A DNA stretch of 64,000 bases from Eledone cirrhosa (taxonomy: Eukaryota). Shown here one piece after another: positions 16,709 to 30,688 of the stretch (position 1 is the stretch's first letter; each line of letters starts with the position of its first letter). Where the stretch lies: positions 82,646,001 to 82,710,000 of the forward strand of contig OZ024743.1 of the NCBI GenBank assembly GCA_964016885.1, given 5' to 3'. Both the position numbers and the translations under genes were made by a program. The notes under the pieces were generated by a model. That model worked only from the letters and a program-made list of their open reading frames with translations, did no database searches and was not told the origin of the DNA.

Positions 16709-16761
<53 letters not shown>

Positions 16762-17012
16762 CGTGTGTGTATATGTACGTGTGTGTGTGTGTATGTACGT
16801 GTGAGTGTATGTACGTGTGTGTGTGTGTGTGTATGTACGTGTGTGTGTTGTGTGTGGATACGGTGGTACTAATTGAGACTAGTAAAATCATTATTCAAAT
16901 TAGTTGTCCAAACTTTAAGGAAATCTGAGTCACTCATATACTGTATTTGATTGTAATTCCCACTTCCCCATCGACACGGTTTAAGCTTGTCCGCAGGGCT
17001 TATATTATATAT

Positions 17013-17262
<250 letters not shown>

Positions 17263-17363
17263 AATGCATATATTCGATGTATATAAAAATGTATATTGAT
17301 GAGCTTGGATTAGTATTTCTATTCACAATTAACTTTGCGAAACAACCACAAGTTGTCTGGGTG

Positions 17364-17395
<32 letters not shown>

Positions 17396-17592
17396 TTTGA
17401 ATGCATATATTCAATGTATATATTGAATGCATATATATAATGTATTTATGTATATATATAATTTATATATTTATATAAGTATATATTATGTATATATTTA
17501 ATGAATATATGTATAGTTATAATGTGTATACATTATAATATATATATATATTAGAAAAAACGAGGAAGTTTTGTTTATATGTATTAGATTTG

Positions 17593-17626
<34 letters not shown>

Positions 17627-17650
17627 TACACATACACATACACACACATA

Positions 17651-17788
<138 letters not shown>

Positions 17789-18156
17789 TGTGTGTACTGG
17801 AGCAGCCGTTTTAAATAGGGTCTATAGTTAAAATATTCACACTTTAAGTGAAAGAGAATTCAATACGTGAGCTGAGTGTAAGATATATTATTGTAAAGAG
17901 GAATGTCAGAGACTTTAGTAAGGAGGTAGAGGGAATGATAGATGGCTGTGTCCTGTTCTATTTCTAAGAACCAACAATTCTCGGGAAATCCTCATTTTTG
18001 TCTGTTGGACGGAAAAGTAGAACGAAGTTGTTGTTTTTACTACACACACAATAGTAGACTAATTGAGGGAAAAACAGTGTGAGGTGTGTAATATTGCAGG
18101 AAATTACTACTATGTGTACATATATATGTTTGTATTTAACACAATGAGCTATTATT

Positions 18157-18196
<40 letters not shown>

Positions 18197-18311
18197 GATA
18201 TGTATACTCAGTTATGTACAAATATATATGTACATAATATGTAAAGATATATTTAAGCTATATATTTGTATATATTTAATTAATTATATACATATATATA
18301 TACACACATTC

Positions 18312-18350
<39 letters not shown>

Positions 18351-18744
18351 CACATCCTGCCTGCCTACAACCCATACATACGTGTTATATTGTGTTGTAT
18401 ATTTGAAACAGCAAAATATCAGCGAAATCAAACACTTCCTTTTTCTACACCAACAGAGTCTATATATTATTATATATACGGCGGCTGTGTGTAGATATGA
18501 TATATATATATATAAAGAAAGAGGGGGGCGGGCGGGCATTATTCTGGCTTATAAACTATCAGAGCATCGCATGTCAAATAAGACAATGATGACATATTTC
18601 TGACATATGCACTCAAGTAATTAAATTGCTGTAACTGATATATATATATATATATATATATATAATGTGTGTATATATATATAATATATATATTTATGTA
18701 TGTATATATATGTGTGTGTGTGTGTACATACATACGTATGCATG

Positions 18745-18798
<54 letters not shown>

Positions 18799-18864
18799 CA
18801 TGCATACTTATATAGATATATAGATATATTCATATATATATATATACACACATATATATGTATT

Positions 18865-18898
<34 letters not shown>

Positions 18899-18916
18899 CA
18901 CACATATATATGTATT

Positions 18917-18950
<34 letters not shown>

Positions 18951-19396
18951 CATACATATATATATATATGTATATATATAAGTGTGTATATATATATGTG
19001 TATGTGTATATATATATATATATACATATATGTGTATATATATATATGTATATATATATATGTATATATTTATATATATACGTATATATATGTATATATA
19101 TATATATATATACATATATATATCTCTCTCTCTCTCTATATATATATATACGTAAATATATGTGTATATATATACATATATATATGTATATATATACATG
19201 CATACATATACATATAGCTATATACATACATATACATATACTACATAGATATATACACGCATATATGCAAAAGTTCTATTTAAATTGTTGGGATACAACA
19301 AGTAAATATTTTTATAACTGATATAAAGCACTCGACAAGTATTTGGAGTAGATATACGATATTAACAAATGGAAACTATATTTATAAAACCATATT

Positions 19397-19461
19397 TATT
19401 TCATTATACATATTTCAAGGATACCAAGTTAAATTATGGTATGCCTTCATCAGACAAAATA
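19397..19461 (-). ncRNA. Type I hammerhead ribozyme, intact core
   Basis: Stem I TATTTTGT/ATGAAATA; CTGATGA; stem II AGG..TACCA/TGGTA.CCT; GAAA; short stem III; AUA cleavage triplet. Confidence 0.8.
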
Positions 19462-19552
19462 CAATATATACCAGTTTTATAAATAAACATTGACGTACCC
19501 TTTCAAAATGCGACCGTTACTTTTGGAAGACATCAGGAACTGGTATATATTG

Positions 19553-19617
19553 TATTTTGTCTGATGAAAACACACCATAATTTAACTTGGTATCCTTGAA
19601 ATATGTATAATGAAATA
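19553..19617 (+). ncRNA. Type I hammerhead ribozyme (inverted copy), intact core, weakened stem II
   Basis: TATTTTGT-CTGATGA-...-GAAA-TATGT-ATA-ATGAAATA. Confidence 0.7.
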
Positions 19618-19712
19618 AATATAGTTTCCATTTATTAATATCGTACACGCATATATATATTTAAATAAAGATATATACACATATTATTATTACTATATAT
19701 ATAGATAGATAG

Positions 19713-19771
<59 letters not shown>

Positions 19772-19992
19772 GATATACACACGCACCCATATATATATAT
19801 ATAGTTATATACACACATATATATGTAAATATAGATATATAGACATATATATATAGAGATATATACACATATATATATTATAAATGTAGATATATGGACT
19901 TATCTATAGAAACACACACATATATATATATGGCGGCTTAGTTCGGACCTAGCTCTCGAAACGGCCGGAGCTCTACATGTGTATATCTCCCC

Positions 19993-20090
19993 AATGAAAC
20001 AGTTCTAGTCCTGTAGGAGCCTTTTCTATATTAAATATTTATACTCTGCTTTGAGTACCTTACTTACTGTGGTTACCCCCGGGATAACTT
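19993..20090 (+). mobile_element. Family B mini-element, 5'-truncated
   Basis: GAAACAG-ttctagtc-CTGTA-G, a partly deleted hairpin, and tail CTTACTTACTGTGGTTACCCC..ATAAC before (TA)n. Confidence 0.75.
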
Positions 20091-20102
20091 ATATATATAT
20101 AT

Positions 20103-20335
20103 ATGCAGAGGTTATATTTATTTTGTTGGGATTCAAGAAGCTTAAACATTTTTATAACTGATATAAAGCACTCAACAGTTTAGTAGAGTAAATACACTAT
20201 ATTAATAAATGGAAACTATATTTATAAAACCAAATTTATTTTATTATACATATTTCAAGGGCCACCAAGGCAAATTATGGTGTGCTTTCATCAGATAAAA
20301 TAGAGATTTGTTTTATAAATAAATATTGACATACC
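20103..20335 (-). mobile_element. Family D mini-element with HHR at 20237-20302 (-)
   Basis: Minus strand: TATTTTAT-CTGATGA-...-GAAA-TATGT-ATA-ATAAAATA, an 8-bp perfect stem I. Confidence 0.8.
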
Positions 20336-20374
20336 CCGAAAAAAAAAAAAAAAAAAATATATATAGTTGTTGTA

Positions 20375-20423
<49 letters not shown>

Positions 20424-20676
20424 CTAGATAAATAGACAGATGTGTGGGGGTGTGTGTAAATATATCCACCCATAATTATATATGTATATGGGTATATGCA
20501 TGTATGTGTGTATATATACATATGTGTGTGTATGCATGTGTACTTCTGATGCTAAACAGTGAAACTAAATAACAGTATATTATCAGTAATTCTATGTTCT
20601 TCTCCTTCCACCTCTTCTTCTTCTTCTTCTTCTTCTTCTTCTTCTTTTTAGTCGATGGAATCATCCTCCGTTATTC

Positions 20677-20711
<35 letters not shown>

Positions 20712-20805
20712 CACTACTACCACCACTACAACTACCACCACCTCTACTACTACTACCACTACTACCACCATGACAACAATGACAACAACAGCTACAATAA
20801 GACCC

Positions 20806-23298
20806 ACCACATCAAACTATAACAACAGTAACAACCTCATCAAACTATAACAACAGTAATAACCACATCAAACTATAACAACAGTAACAACCACATTAAA
20901 CTATAACAACAGTAACAACCACATCAAACTATAACAACACTAACCACCACATTAAACTATAACAACAGTAACAACCACATCAAACTATAACAACAGTAAC
21001 AACCACATCAAACTATAACAACACTAACCACCACATTAAACTATAACAACAGTAACAACCACATCAAACTATAACAACAGTAACAACCACATCAAACTAT
21101 AACAACAGTAACAACCACATTAAACTATAACAACAGTAACGACCACATTAAACTATAACAACAGTAACGACCACATTAAACTATAACAACAGTAACGACC
21201 ACATCAAACTATAACAACAGTAACAACCACATCAAACTATAACAACAGTAACAGCCACATCAAACTATAACAACAGTAACAACCACATCAAACTATAACA
21301 ACAGTAACAACCACATCAAACTATAACAACAGTAACAACCACATCAAACTATAACAACACTAACCACCACATCAAACTATAACAACACTAACCACCACAT
21401 TAAACTATAACAACACTAACCACCACATTAAACTATAACAACAGTAACATCCACATCAAACTATAACAGCAGCAACAACCACATCAAACTATAACAACAG
21501 TAACAACCACATTAAACTATAACAACAGTAACAACCACATCAAACTATAACAACAGTAACAACCACATCAAACTATAACAACAGTAACAACCACATCAAA
21601 CTATAACAACACTAACCACCACATTAAACTATAACAACAGTAACATCCACATCAAACTATAACAGCAGCAACAACCACATCAAACTATAACAACAGTAAC
21701 AACCACATTAAACTATAACAACAGTAACAACCACATCAAACTATAACAACAGTAACAACCACATCAAACTATAACAGCAGTAACAACCACATCAAACTAT
21801 AACAACAGTAACAACCTCATCAAACTATAACAACAGTAACAACCTCATCAAACTATAACAACAGTAACAGCCACATCAAACTATAACAACAGTAACAACC
21901 ACATCAAACTATAACAACAGTAACAGCCACATCAAACTATAACAACAGTAACAACCACATCAAACTATAACAACAGTAACAACCACATCAAACTATAACA
22001 ACAGTAACAACCACATCAAACTATAACAACACTAACCACCACATCAAACTATAACAACACTAACCACCACATTAAACTATAACAACACTAACCACCACAT
22101 TAAACTATAACAACAGTAACATCCACATCAAACTATAACAGCAGCAACAACCACATCAAACTATAACAACAGTAACAACCACATTAAACTATAACAACTG
22201 TAACAACCACATCAAACTATAACAACAGTAACAACCACATCAAACTATAACAACAGTAACAACCACATCAAACTATAACAACACTAACCACCACATTAAA
22301 CTATAACAACAGTAACATCCACATCAAACTATAACAGCAGCAACAACCACATCAAACTATAACAACAGTAACAACCACATTAAACTATAACAACAGTAAC
22401 AACCACATCAAACTATAACAACAGTAACAACCACATCAAACTATAACAGCAGTAACAACCACATCAAACTATAACAACAGTAACAACCACATCAAACTAT
22501 AACAACAGTAACAACCTCATCAAACTATAACAACAGTAACAACCTCATCAAACTATAACAACAGTAACAACCTCATCAAACTATAACAACAGTAACAACC
22601 ACATCAAACTATAACAGCAGTAACAACCACATCAAACTATAACAACAGTAACAACCACATTAAACTATAACAACAGTAACAACCACATCAAACTATAACA
22701 GCAGTAACAACCACATCAAACTATAACAGCAGTAACAACCACATCAAACTATAACAACACTAACCACCACATTAAACTATAACAACACTAACCACCACAT
22801 TAAACTATAACAACAGTAACAACCACATTAAACTATAACAACAGTAACCACCACATTAAACTATAACAACAGTAACAACCACATCAAACTATAACAACAC
22901 TAACCACCACATTAAACTATAACAACAGTAACAACCACATTAAACTATAACAACAGTAACGACCACATCAAACTATAACAACAGTTACAACCACATTAAA
23001 CTATAACAACAGTAACAACCACATTAAACTATAACAACAGTAACGACCACATCAAACTATAACAACAGTAACAACCACATTAAACTATAACAACAGTAAC
23101 GACCACATTAAACTATAACAACAGTAACGACCACATTAAACTATAACAACAGTAACGACCACATCAAACTATAACAACAGTAACAACCACATCAAACTAT
23201 AACAACAGTAACAACCACATCAAACTATAACAACAGTAACAACCACATCAAACTATAACAACAGTAACAACCACATTAAACTATAACAACAGTAACAA
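20806..23298. repeat. 28-bp satellite (AAACTATAACAACAGTAACAACCACATC), about 89 copies
   Basis: Strict 28-bp period with a few recurrent variant units. Confidence 0.98.
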
Positions 23299-23503
23299 TC
23301 ACCATAGACTGCAGCAATATGTTAAATTACTGAAAATATGACCCCCCCCCCCCCTCATATCATTGTTTGGTCAAGTTTGTTGTTTTTACTATTTATGTGT
23401 CAACTATTTTTATCTTTTCCTATCTTTTGTGCGCGAACACGCACACGCACACACACACATTCGCACGCACACACAGATACACACACACAGATACACACAC
23501 ACA

Positions 23504-23583
<80 letters not shown>

Positions 23584-24289
23584 TACACGTGTGTGTGGCC
23601 CAGTGGTTGGAGAGTTTGATTCAAGATCACATGTTCGTGGTTTCAATTCCTGGAGTGAAAAGCTTGTTTTGTTTTTTAACAAAACCCTTCATTTCAAGGT
23701 GTGTTTAATGAAAGGACTGAAGTCCTTTCCATTAAAACATCAAAGGAAACCATGAGATTCAATCTCCTATGAGGTCAGCTAAACCTGCGTAGCTGTAAAT
23801 TTAACACACACACACACACATATATATATACACAGACATACTCTCACACAGAGAGAGAAATATATAGATAGATACACAAACACAAAATTGGTTTGTGTAG
23901 ACTACAACTCGTCCCTCAGACTGCTTTACCAACTTTGGATATATGTTTCTGTACCCCACCCAACTATTTTATTAAACTAGATGCCTGTGTACCCCAACTG
24001 AGATTTCAGCTACAGCAACTTTATATACCAAAGATCAACATATTCCTAGTTGAAGAAAGCAGTCAATAAATAGTAAATATTTAGCCACGAATGTCTTCAC
24101 AAAATTAACGTTTTGTTATTTATTCATGTTCTAATTACTGCATTTGCTGGTCTATTGGACGCCCCTTCATATACGACGCCCCTCTTTACAGAAAAAAAGA
24201 ATTTTGGTACATTACTTCATATATTTATTAAAAATTATTTCATTGTTTTCTCAGAAACTCTTTTATAAGTTTGACATCTTTTCCCTTTA

Positions 24290-24775
24290 TAAATTGTATT
24301 GTATTATGATAGTAATACTAACAGTAATACAAACTATATTGTACTGTATTACTGTATTGGTAATACTAACTAAATTGTATTGTATTATGATAGTAATACT
24401 AACAGTAATACAAACTATATTGTACTGTATTACTGTATTGGTAATACTAACTAAATTGTATTGTATAATGATAGTAATACTAACAGTAATACAAACTATA
24501 TTGTACTGTATTACTGTATTGGTAATACTAACTAAATTGTATTGTATTATGATATTAGTAATACAAACTTTATTGTACTATATTACTGTATCGGTAATAC
24601 TAACTAAATTGTATTACTATATTAGTAATACAAACTATATTGTATTGTATTACGCTATCAGTAATACTAACTATATTGTATTGTATTACGCTATCAGTAA
24701 TACTAACTAAATTGTATTGTGTTACTGTTATAGTAATACTAACTAAATTATATTACGCTATTAGTAATACTAATA
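24290..24775. repeat. 81-bp tandem repeat (3+ near-identical units, then decaying subunits)
   Basis: Units start at 24290, 24371, 24452 and 24533. Confidence 0.9.
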
Positions 24776-24779
24776 GTAA

Positions 24780-24940
24780 TTGTTTCTATTTTTGGCACAA
24801 GGCCAGCAATTATACCAGTACATTACTGGTACTTTATTTTATCGACCCCGTTACCCTAGGCGGGATTTGAACTCAGACCGTCATGGGATACAACTCTATG
24901 CTGAATAGCATGGCGTCCGACCCTCTACCGATTCTGCCAA
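24780..24940 (-). mobile_element. SINE type 2
   Basis: Reverse-complement homologue of 60811-60968. Confidence 0.75.
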
Positions 24941-25614
24941 CAATACTATATTGTATTACTGAATTAATAATACTAATAGTTTGTTTTCACCCTCAGTTGG
25001 CTCTACCACCCGTAATACGGGAGTATTAGATGCAAGGTAGATATTTTAATGTTTTTTGTGCTTTATTTTGGAAAATATCTGCGTCCAATAGACCGTATAT
25101 GGCAGAATCGTTAAGGTATCGGTTAGAAAGAATGCTTATTGATCTTCGATTCAACCCACTGAGTTTTGAGTTCAAATCCCGCCGATGTGGACTCTTCAGG
25201 AGTCAATGGAATATGACTTTCTCAAGACTTCCCACTCGTCAACCACACACTCCTTCATGATTTTTTCATGATTTACATTTTAATTAATTTATTTGAATTA
25301 ATTTACATATTTCCGATATTTTTTGATTGTGCATTTAATTTCTATTTTTTTAATAAATTCGTTATTTTACGTCCGACCTCAGCAAAGTTATTTAAAGGTT
25401 AAAGTCAGTCGCAAACCGTTCATCAGACAGGAGCTTATCCTTGATTTCATTAGCGTTAAAACAGGGTACGGCACAGCCTCCTTGTCCAAGGTGCCACGAA
25501 TTGTTACAAGCCAGATCCATGTGGTTGCAAGTGAAGTTTTTAATTATACAGCTATAGCTGTGTCTTATAGGGAGTTCGAATTAATCAAACTTAGTGAAAA
25601 GCGGCCTGTCCTAT

Positions 25615-25870
25615 TTCACCGAGGAAAGTTAAGTAAAGATAAAATACTTATATCTTAAAGAGCACAGTTCTTTTTATGGTAAGCGTTTGTTCCAAGTCCG
25701 GAAAAGTTCCGCGTTCCAGAAACCACGACACAATATACAATTAACAAATGGAAAAAGAATGTATTACTGTAAATCTCCAAAGACCCGGGGTGCCAAGGAG
25801 GATTTCTCGACGTTCCTACTTAAAATTAATTCGAAAGGCCAAAGAGTAGCTCGGATTTTGTCGTAAAGGT
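25615..25870 (+). pseudogene. Decayed Tc1-family transposase N-terminal HTH region
   Basis: Frameshifted peptides VPETTTQYTINKWKK and TVNLQRPGVPRRISRRSYLKLIRKAKE resemble the Tc1 VPRSTV..I.KWK..GT..NLPRxGRPRK pattern. Confidence 0.6.
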
Positions 25871-26644
25871 TTGGCTCATGACCAGAGTTTGACTGGACCG
25901 GTTCTAATGCTCCTGACAATCCCTATCACATGGTCTCTGGAAGAAGGTCAACTTAGCCGAATATTACGAATGAGGATATGTTAGGTTAACACTTTCATTA
26001 CCATGTTTCCAAATAAAAGACACTGCCTATAGCTTTCAAATAATTTTGAATATAATCAAGAATTTGTATGGAATTAATAATATAAATTAACTTATTCATT
26101 ATAAAACTGATAGCTTAACAAAGGTACGTACATAAATGTATGATGGAAGTATTTAGATAAATATAAACACTTTGAACCAAACACGTCAGGATTGCAAAAA
26201 GAGAGGCTGTTTTGTACTAAAAGAGTTAAAGTACGAATTAAGTTTACGAACAAGCACGTAAAGGAAATATATTTTTAACAGCAACTTGTGGCCAGATAAG
26301 AACAAACTCTATTTCCTATACAAGTATATGAAACAATTATAACCACAATGCTAGAACCGATGAAACAGTTTTAATCAGGTATCCATTATTTTCTGTCACA
26401 CCACAGAACATTACAATTATCCCCAATACAAGTTTCTCTGGCCCCACACAAGGTCGTAAATCGTAAAATGTTTCTAGAGGGTATTTTAATGCTAACAGCT
26501 GCATTCCTATTATGAAGAACAACGTGAAAATGAAGCATCTTGCTCTAAAACACAACACGCCGCTCCTAGTGTCGAACACGAAACAAATGCCCTTTACCAA
26601 ATGAAACAAAACTAGTCCTGTAATCATTTCTAATTATATATATA

Positions 26645-26722
26645 TATTCATTTTATTAAGGCTAAATAGTGAGTTTAGTTACTCTGGAGTTTCGCTTGTT
26701 TATCACGGGCATCAGACATGAA
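26645..26722 (-). mobile_element. Family C fragment with decayed HHR
   Basis: Minus strand: GT-CTGATGC-..-GAAAC-TCCAGA-GTA-AC; between TA tracts. Confidence 0.65.
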
Positions 26723-26724
26723 CT

Positions 26725-26760
<36 letters not shown>

Positions 26761-26876
26761 TATAGATAGATAGGTAGGTAGGTAGGTAGATAGATAGATA
26801 GATAGATATTTAATAATATGGATGTTTCACCTGCACACTCACAGGATCGTCCTCTTATATCCGTCAATAATAGACG

Positions 26877-26945
<69 letters not shown>

Positions 26946-26946
<1 letters not shown>

Positions 26947-27144
26947 ACTGAGGAGTTGTGGTAAGGAACCAGATGGATCATAACGCACCAGAGTACTCAA
27001 TACTTAGGGTAGTAGAGTGGGTAACAGGAGAAAGTATGACCCCGACGGCAGAACTCAAGCCGTTTCGACGGCTATTTCTGGACTAATTAGTCCAGAAATA
27101 GCCGTGGATACGGCTTGAGCTCTGCCGTCGGGGTCATACTTTCT
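26946..27144 (-). mobile_element. Family A mini-element with inverted arm
   Basis: Palindrome centre TTTCTGGACT-AATT-AGTCCAGAAA; TA-flanked. Confidence 0.9.
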
Positions 27145-27165
27145 TATATATATATATATATATAT

Positions 27166-27937
27166 AAATTTTAGTACAGCATAGACGAAGCTCTAGTATA
27201 CGGCCAAGCTAGCGTGTATGCATATTCGGCTTGTAGCTTTAGCACTCAGATGAGGTAAGACCCCAGAGTAATAACATTATGTTCTGACAGCTTAGCAAAC
27301 CAGATATAGCAGTCGGCAGTCCGACCGCACCACCAGAGCAACGAAAATACAGGACCCAGGAAAAGATTTTTTACTGACCTGGACATATGCTGAGGCTGGG
27401 TGTAAAATATATAACCCACACCGTGTATCCACAATATAGATCGCCATATCACACGCAGCATCAGCGCTAAGTTTCTGCAAATCCAAGATCGACAAATTCC
27501 TATTGCAGGAGTCTGCAATATATTGGTTTTTGACGACAGAACATAGGATTTACTTCTTCAGCAAGTCTTTCGTTCTTAGCCAAAGCGGGTACGTTGTAAC
27601 TTTAAAGGTCGTCACAGACACGTGGTTTTCTCCAAGGGAGATAACCTCCGCTTAGGCGGTGTATTCTAATTTGAGATAAAGGAATGAATCCCCTTATTAA
27701 AACCGAATAAAGCACTCGACTAGAAGTTATCAAACAAACTTAAACAATTAATTAATCAATAGAATCATCTAATAAAATTAATCAGTTAATCGTTAATTCT
27801 AGGAGTAAATATAAATTTTAGTACAGCATAGACGAAGCTCTAGTATACGGCCAAGCTAGCGTGTATGCATATTCGGCTTGTAGCTTTAGCACTCAGATGA
27901 GGTAAGACCCCAGAGTAATAACATTATGTTCAGACAG
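27166..27937 (-). mobile_element. Family E element: 647-bp unit with 125-bp terminal direct repeat, TA-flanked
   Basis: 27166-27290 and 27813-27937 differ at one position by eye; each carries the ACTC..GAGTGC hairpin on the minus strand; no convincing ORF. Confidence 0.85.
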
Positions 27938-27951
27938 TTTATATATATAAA

Positions 27952-28296
27952 ATAAAGTAATTAAGTCAAATATTTAAAATTTGGCTTCGTTTATTAAAGA
28001 TGTACTGTGGTAGAGACAGGTACACATGTTGTTAAAGTGTTTTAAAGTAAAACACTTTAACAACATGTGTACCTGTCTCTACCACACCAATTCGGACTGC
28101 CTGAAGAGGTCACAGCCAATGATGACTGTCACCGAAATATATATAGCAGTACATCTTTAATAAACGAAGCCAAATTTTAAATATTTGACTTAATTACTTT
28201 ATTTTACATTACTCCGGAGTAACCAAACCAACATGCGTTTTTCGTCGAGTGCCCCAATCTGCATACTGAGGTGTCGGTAAACAACCAACATATACT

Positions 28297-28299
<3 letters not shown>
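27952..28299 (+). mobile_element. Family F mini-element with nested inversions, HHR and hairpin
   Basis: 27952-28007 is the reverse complement of 28147-28202; inner palindrome about 28008-28084; HHR 28096-28150; hairpin 28211-28252. Confidence 0.8.
28096..28150 (+). ncRNA. Type I hammerhead ribozyme, intact core
   Basis: ACTGC-CTGAAGA-GGTcACAG..CTGTcACC-GAAA-TATAT-ATA-GCAGT; perfect 5-bp stem I and palindromic AUAU stem III loop. Confidence 0.85.
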
Positions 28300-28364
<65 letters not shown>

Positions 28365-28378
28365 AGTATATGTTGGTT

Positions 28379-28429
<51 letters not shown>

Positions 28430-28734
28430 TATACATGAGACAGCGGCCACGCCACGCTGGGACGTCACACTGGCACCAGAACTTATTTTTTATAAGTCTG
28501 AAAATTACTTTTATGATCTCTTCTTTGTGGATACACACACAAAGATACACACACACAGATACACACACACAGATACACACATGCACACACGCAGACAGAG
28601 TGACATACAGGCACACACGATGAGTTTCCACCATTTCCCGAGGCTATAGTAGAAGACACTCTTTAGGCTGGACTACTTTGGATCGTAGTTTTGCTTCATT
28701 AGAGAATCAGATATAGAAGTAATAGTATTGCATT

Positions 28735-28863
28735 GAAACGAATGAAACAGTTCTCGTCCTGTAGGAGTCATCTCTATATGAGATATACTTTTAGCTTTTC
28801 TGCTAATGTATTGAGTACCTTACTTAACTGTGGTTCGCTTTGGTTCTTTTTCGGAAAACCAAT

Positions 28864-28866
<3 letters not shown>
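28735..28866 (+). mobile_element. Family B mini-element, 5'-truncated
   Basis: GAATGAAACAGTTCTCGTCCTGTAGGAG...GTATTGAGTACCTTACTT, ending at (TA)n. Confidence 0.7.
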
Positions 28867-28929
<63 letters not shown>

Positions 28930-29243
28930 CAGTATATAGTATATATATACACATATGTATATATATATAGTATATATATATACATATAATTATGCGTGTG
29001 TAATTTAGGAACACTAAAGCCTTTTAGAACTTTAACATAATTTGAAATATATATATATATATATATATAAATAATGTGTATGTGTATGTATATATGTATG
29101 TATATATATGTAAATGCTATACTTCAAATCTAAATGACTACAGTATTGTACAGCGATATACAGATATGTATGTGTATGTATTATTAAGATATAGATAGAT
29201 ATGAGCCTACCGCTCGCATGTATATGTATATGTATATGTATGT

Positions 29244-29278
<35 letters not shown>

Positions 29279-29721
29279 TGTTTGGTGAAATATTTATAAT
29301 ATATACATCTGTCAATATAACATGAAATATACCGCAATTAATTAATAACACTACAGCTTTGTTCAATATTTGTGTGTGTGTGCCGGTTGCTGGGTGTGGT
29401 AGCGTGTATTTGGCTGTGTGTGGGGGTGTCTGTGGCTGTGGTTGGCTGTTTGTGTGTGGCTGTGGCCGAATATATGTGCGTGTGTGTCCGTGGCTGGGTG
29501 TGTATGTGACTCTGTGGCTAGGCGTGTATGTGTCTATGTATTAGACTGTGTGTAGAAGTGTTAAAAAACTAAATTTCGGCAAGTACTATTTACATGTTCT
29601 ATATAAGACGGCTGAACTGCACTACGTTGAGTACTCTCCGTAATATTGCATCACGGTTGACCATACGGAATGACCAATTCTATCCGGTAGTGAACCAACA
29701 AACCTAAATAAATATATATAT

Positions 29722-29755
<34 letters not shown>

Positions 29756-30193
29756 ATATTTGTGTGTGTTTGTGTATAAACATATATATATAAATATGGA
29801 TATATATATATAAACATAAATATATGTATATATATATATATGTATATATGTATAAATATATATATTTATATATATATATATTTGTGTGTGTTTGTGTATA
29901 AACATATATATATAAATATGGATATATATATATAAATATATGTATATATATAACATCATGATATATATATATATAAATATATATATATAAAGTTTAAATA
30001 TGTATATTTATAATGTTTATATATATATATATTTATTTATATATGTATATGTTTATATTTATGTATATATATATATATTTATATATATTTATGCATATAT
30101 TTATATTTATGCATATATTTATATATGTGTATATATTTATATTTATATATATATATATGCATATATATGTATATATATGCATATATATGTATA

Positions 30194-30259
<66 letters not shown>

Positions 30260-30518
30260 CATATATGTATATATTTATATATGTATACATTTATATATGT
30301 ATATATTTATATATATATTTATATATGTATATATTTATATATATATATATATATGTATATATATGTGTGTGTGTATATATATCATCATCGTCATCATCTT
30401 CGTTTAACGTCCATCCTCCACGATAACATGGTTTAGACGGGATTTATATATATATATATATTTATATATATATGTATATATTTATATTTATGTATATATA
30501 TATGTATTTATGTATATG

Positions 30519-30605
<87 letters not shown>

Positions 30606-30637
30606 TTATGTTTATATTTATATATGTATATATTTAT

Positions 30638-30685
<48 letters not shown>

Positions 30686-30688
30686 GTA

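Larger units (their letters stand above)
19265..19641 (-). mobile_element. Family D mini-element with inverted duplication carrying two opposed HHRs
   Basis: Homologous to 20103-20335 and 59445-59651; arms at about 19360-19475 and 19538-19641 are reverse complements; minus-strand hairpin ACTC-CAA-atac-TTG-TC-GAGTGC near 19349-19328. Confidence 0.85.

Noticed and set aside
24144-24710. 188-aa hydrophobic ORF with a 27-aa repeat
   Set aside because: It is the in-frame reading of an 81-bp tandem repeat that decays out of frame; no splice or homology support.
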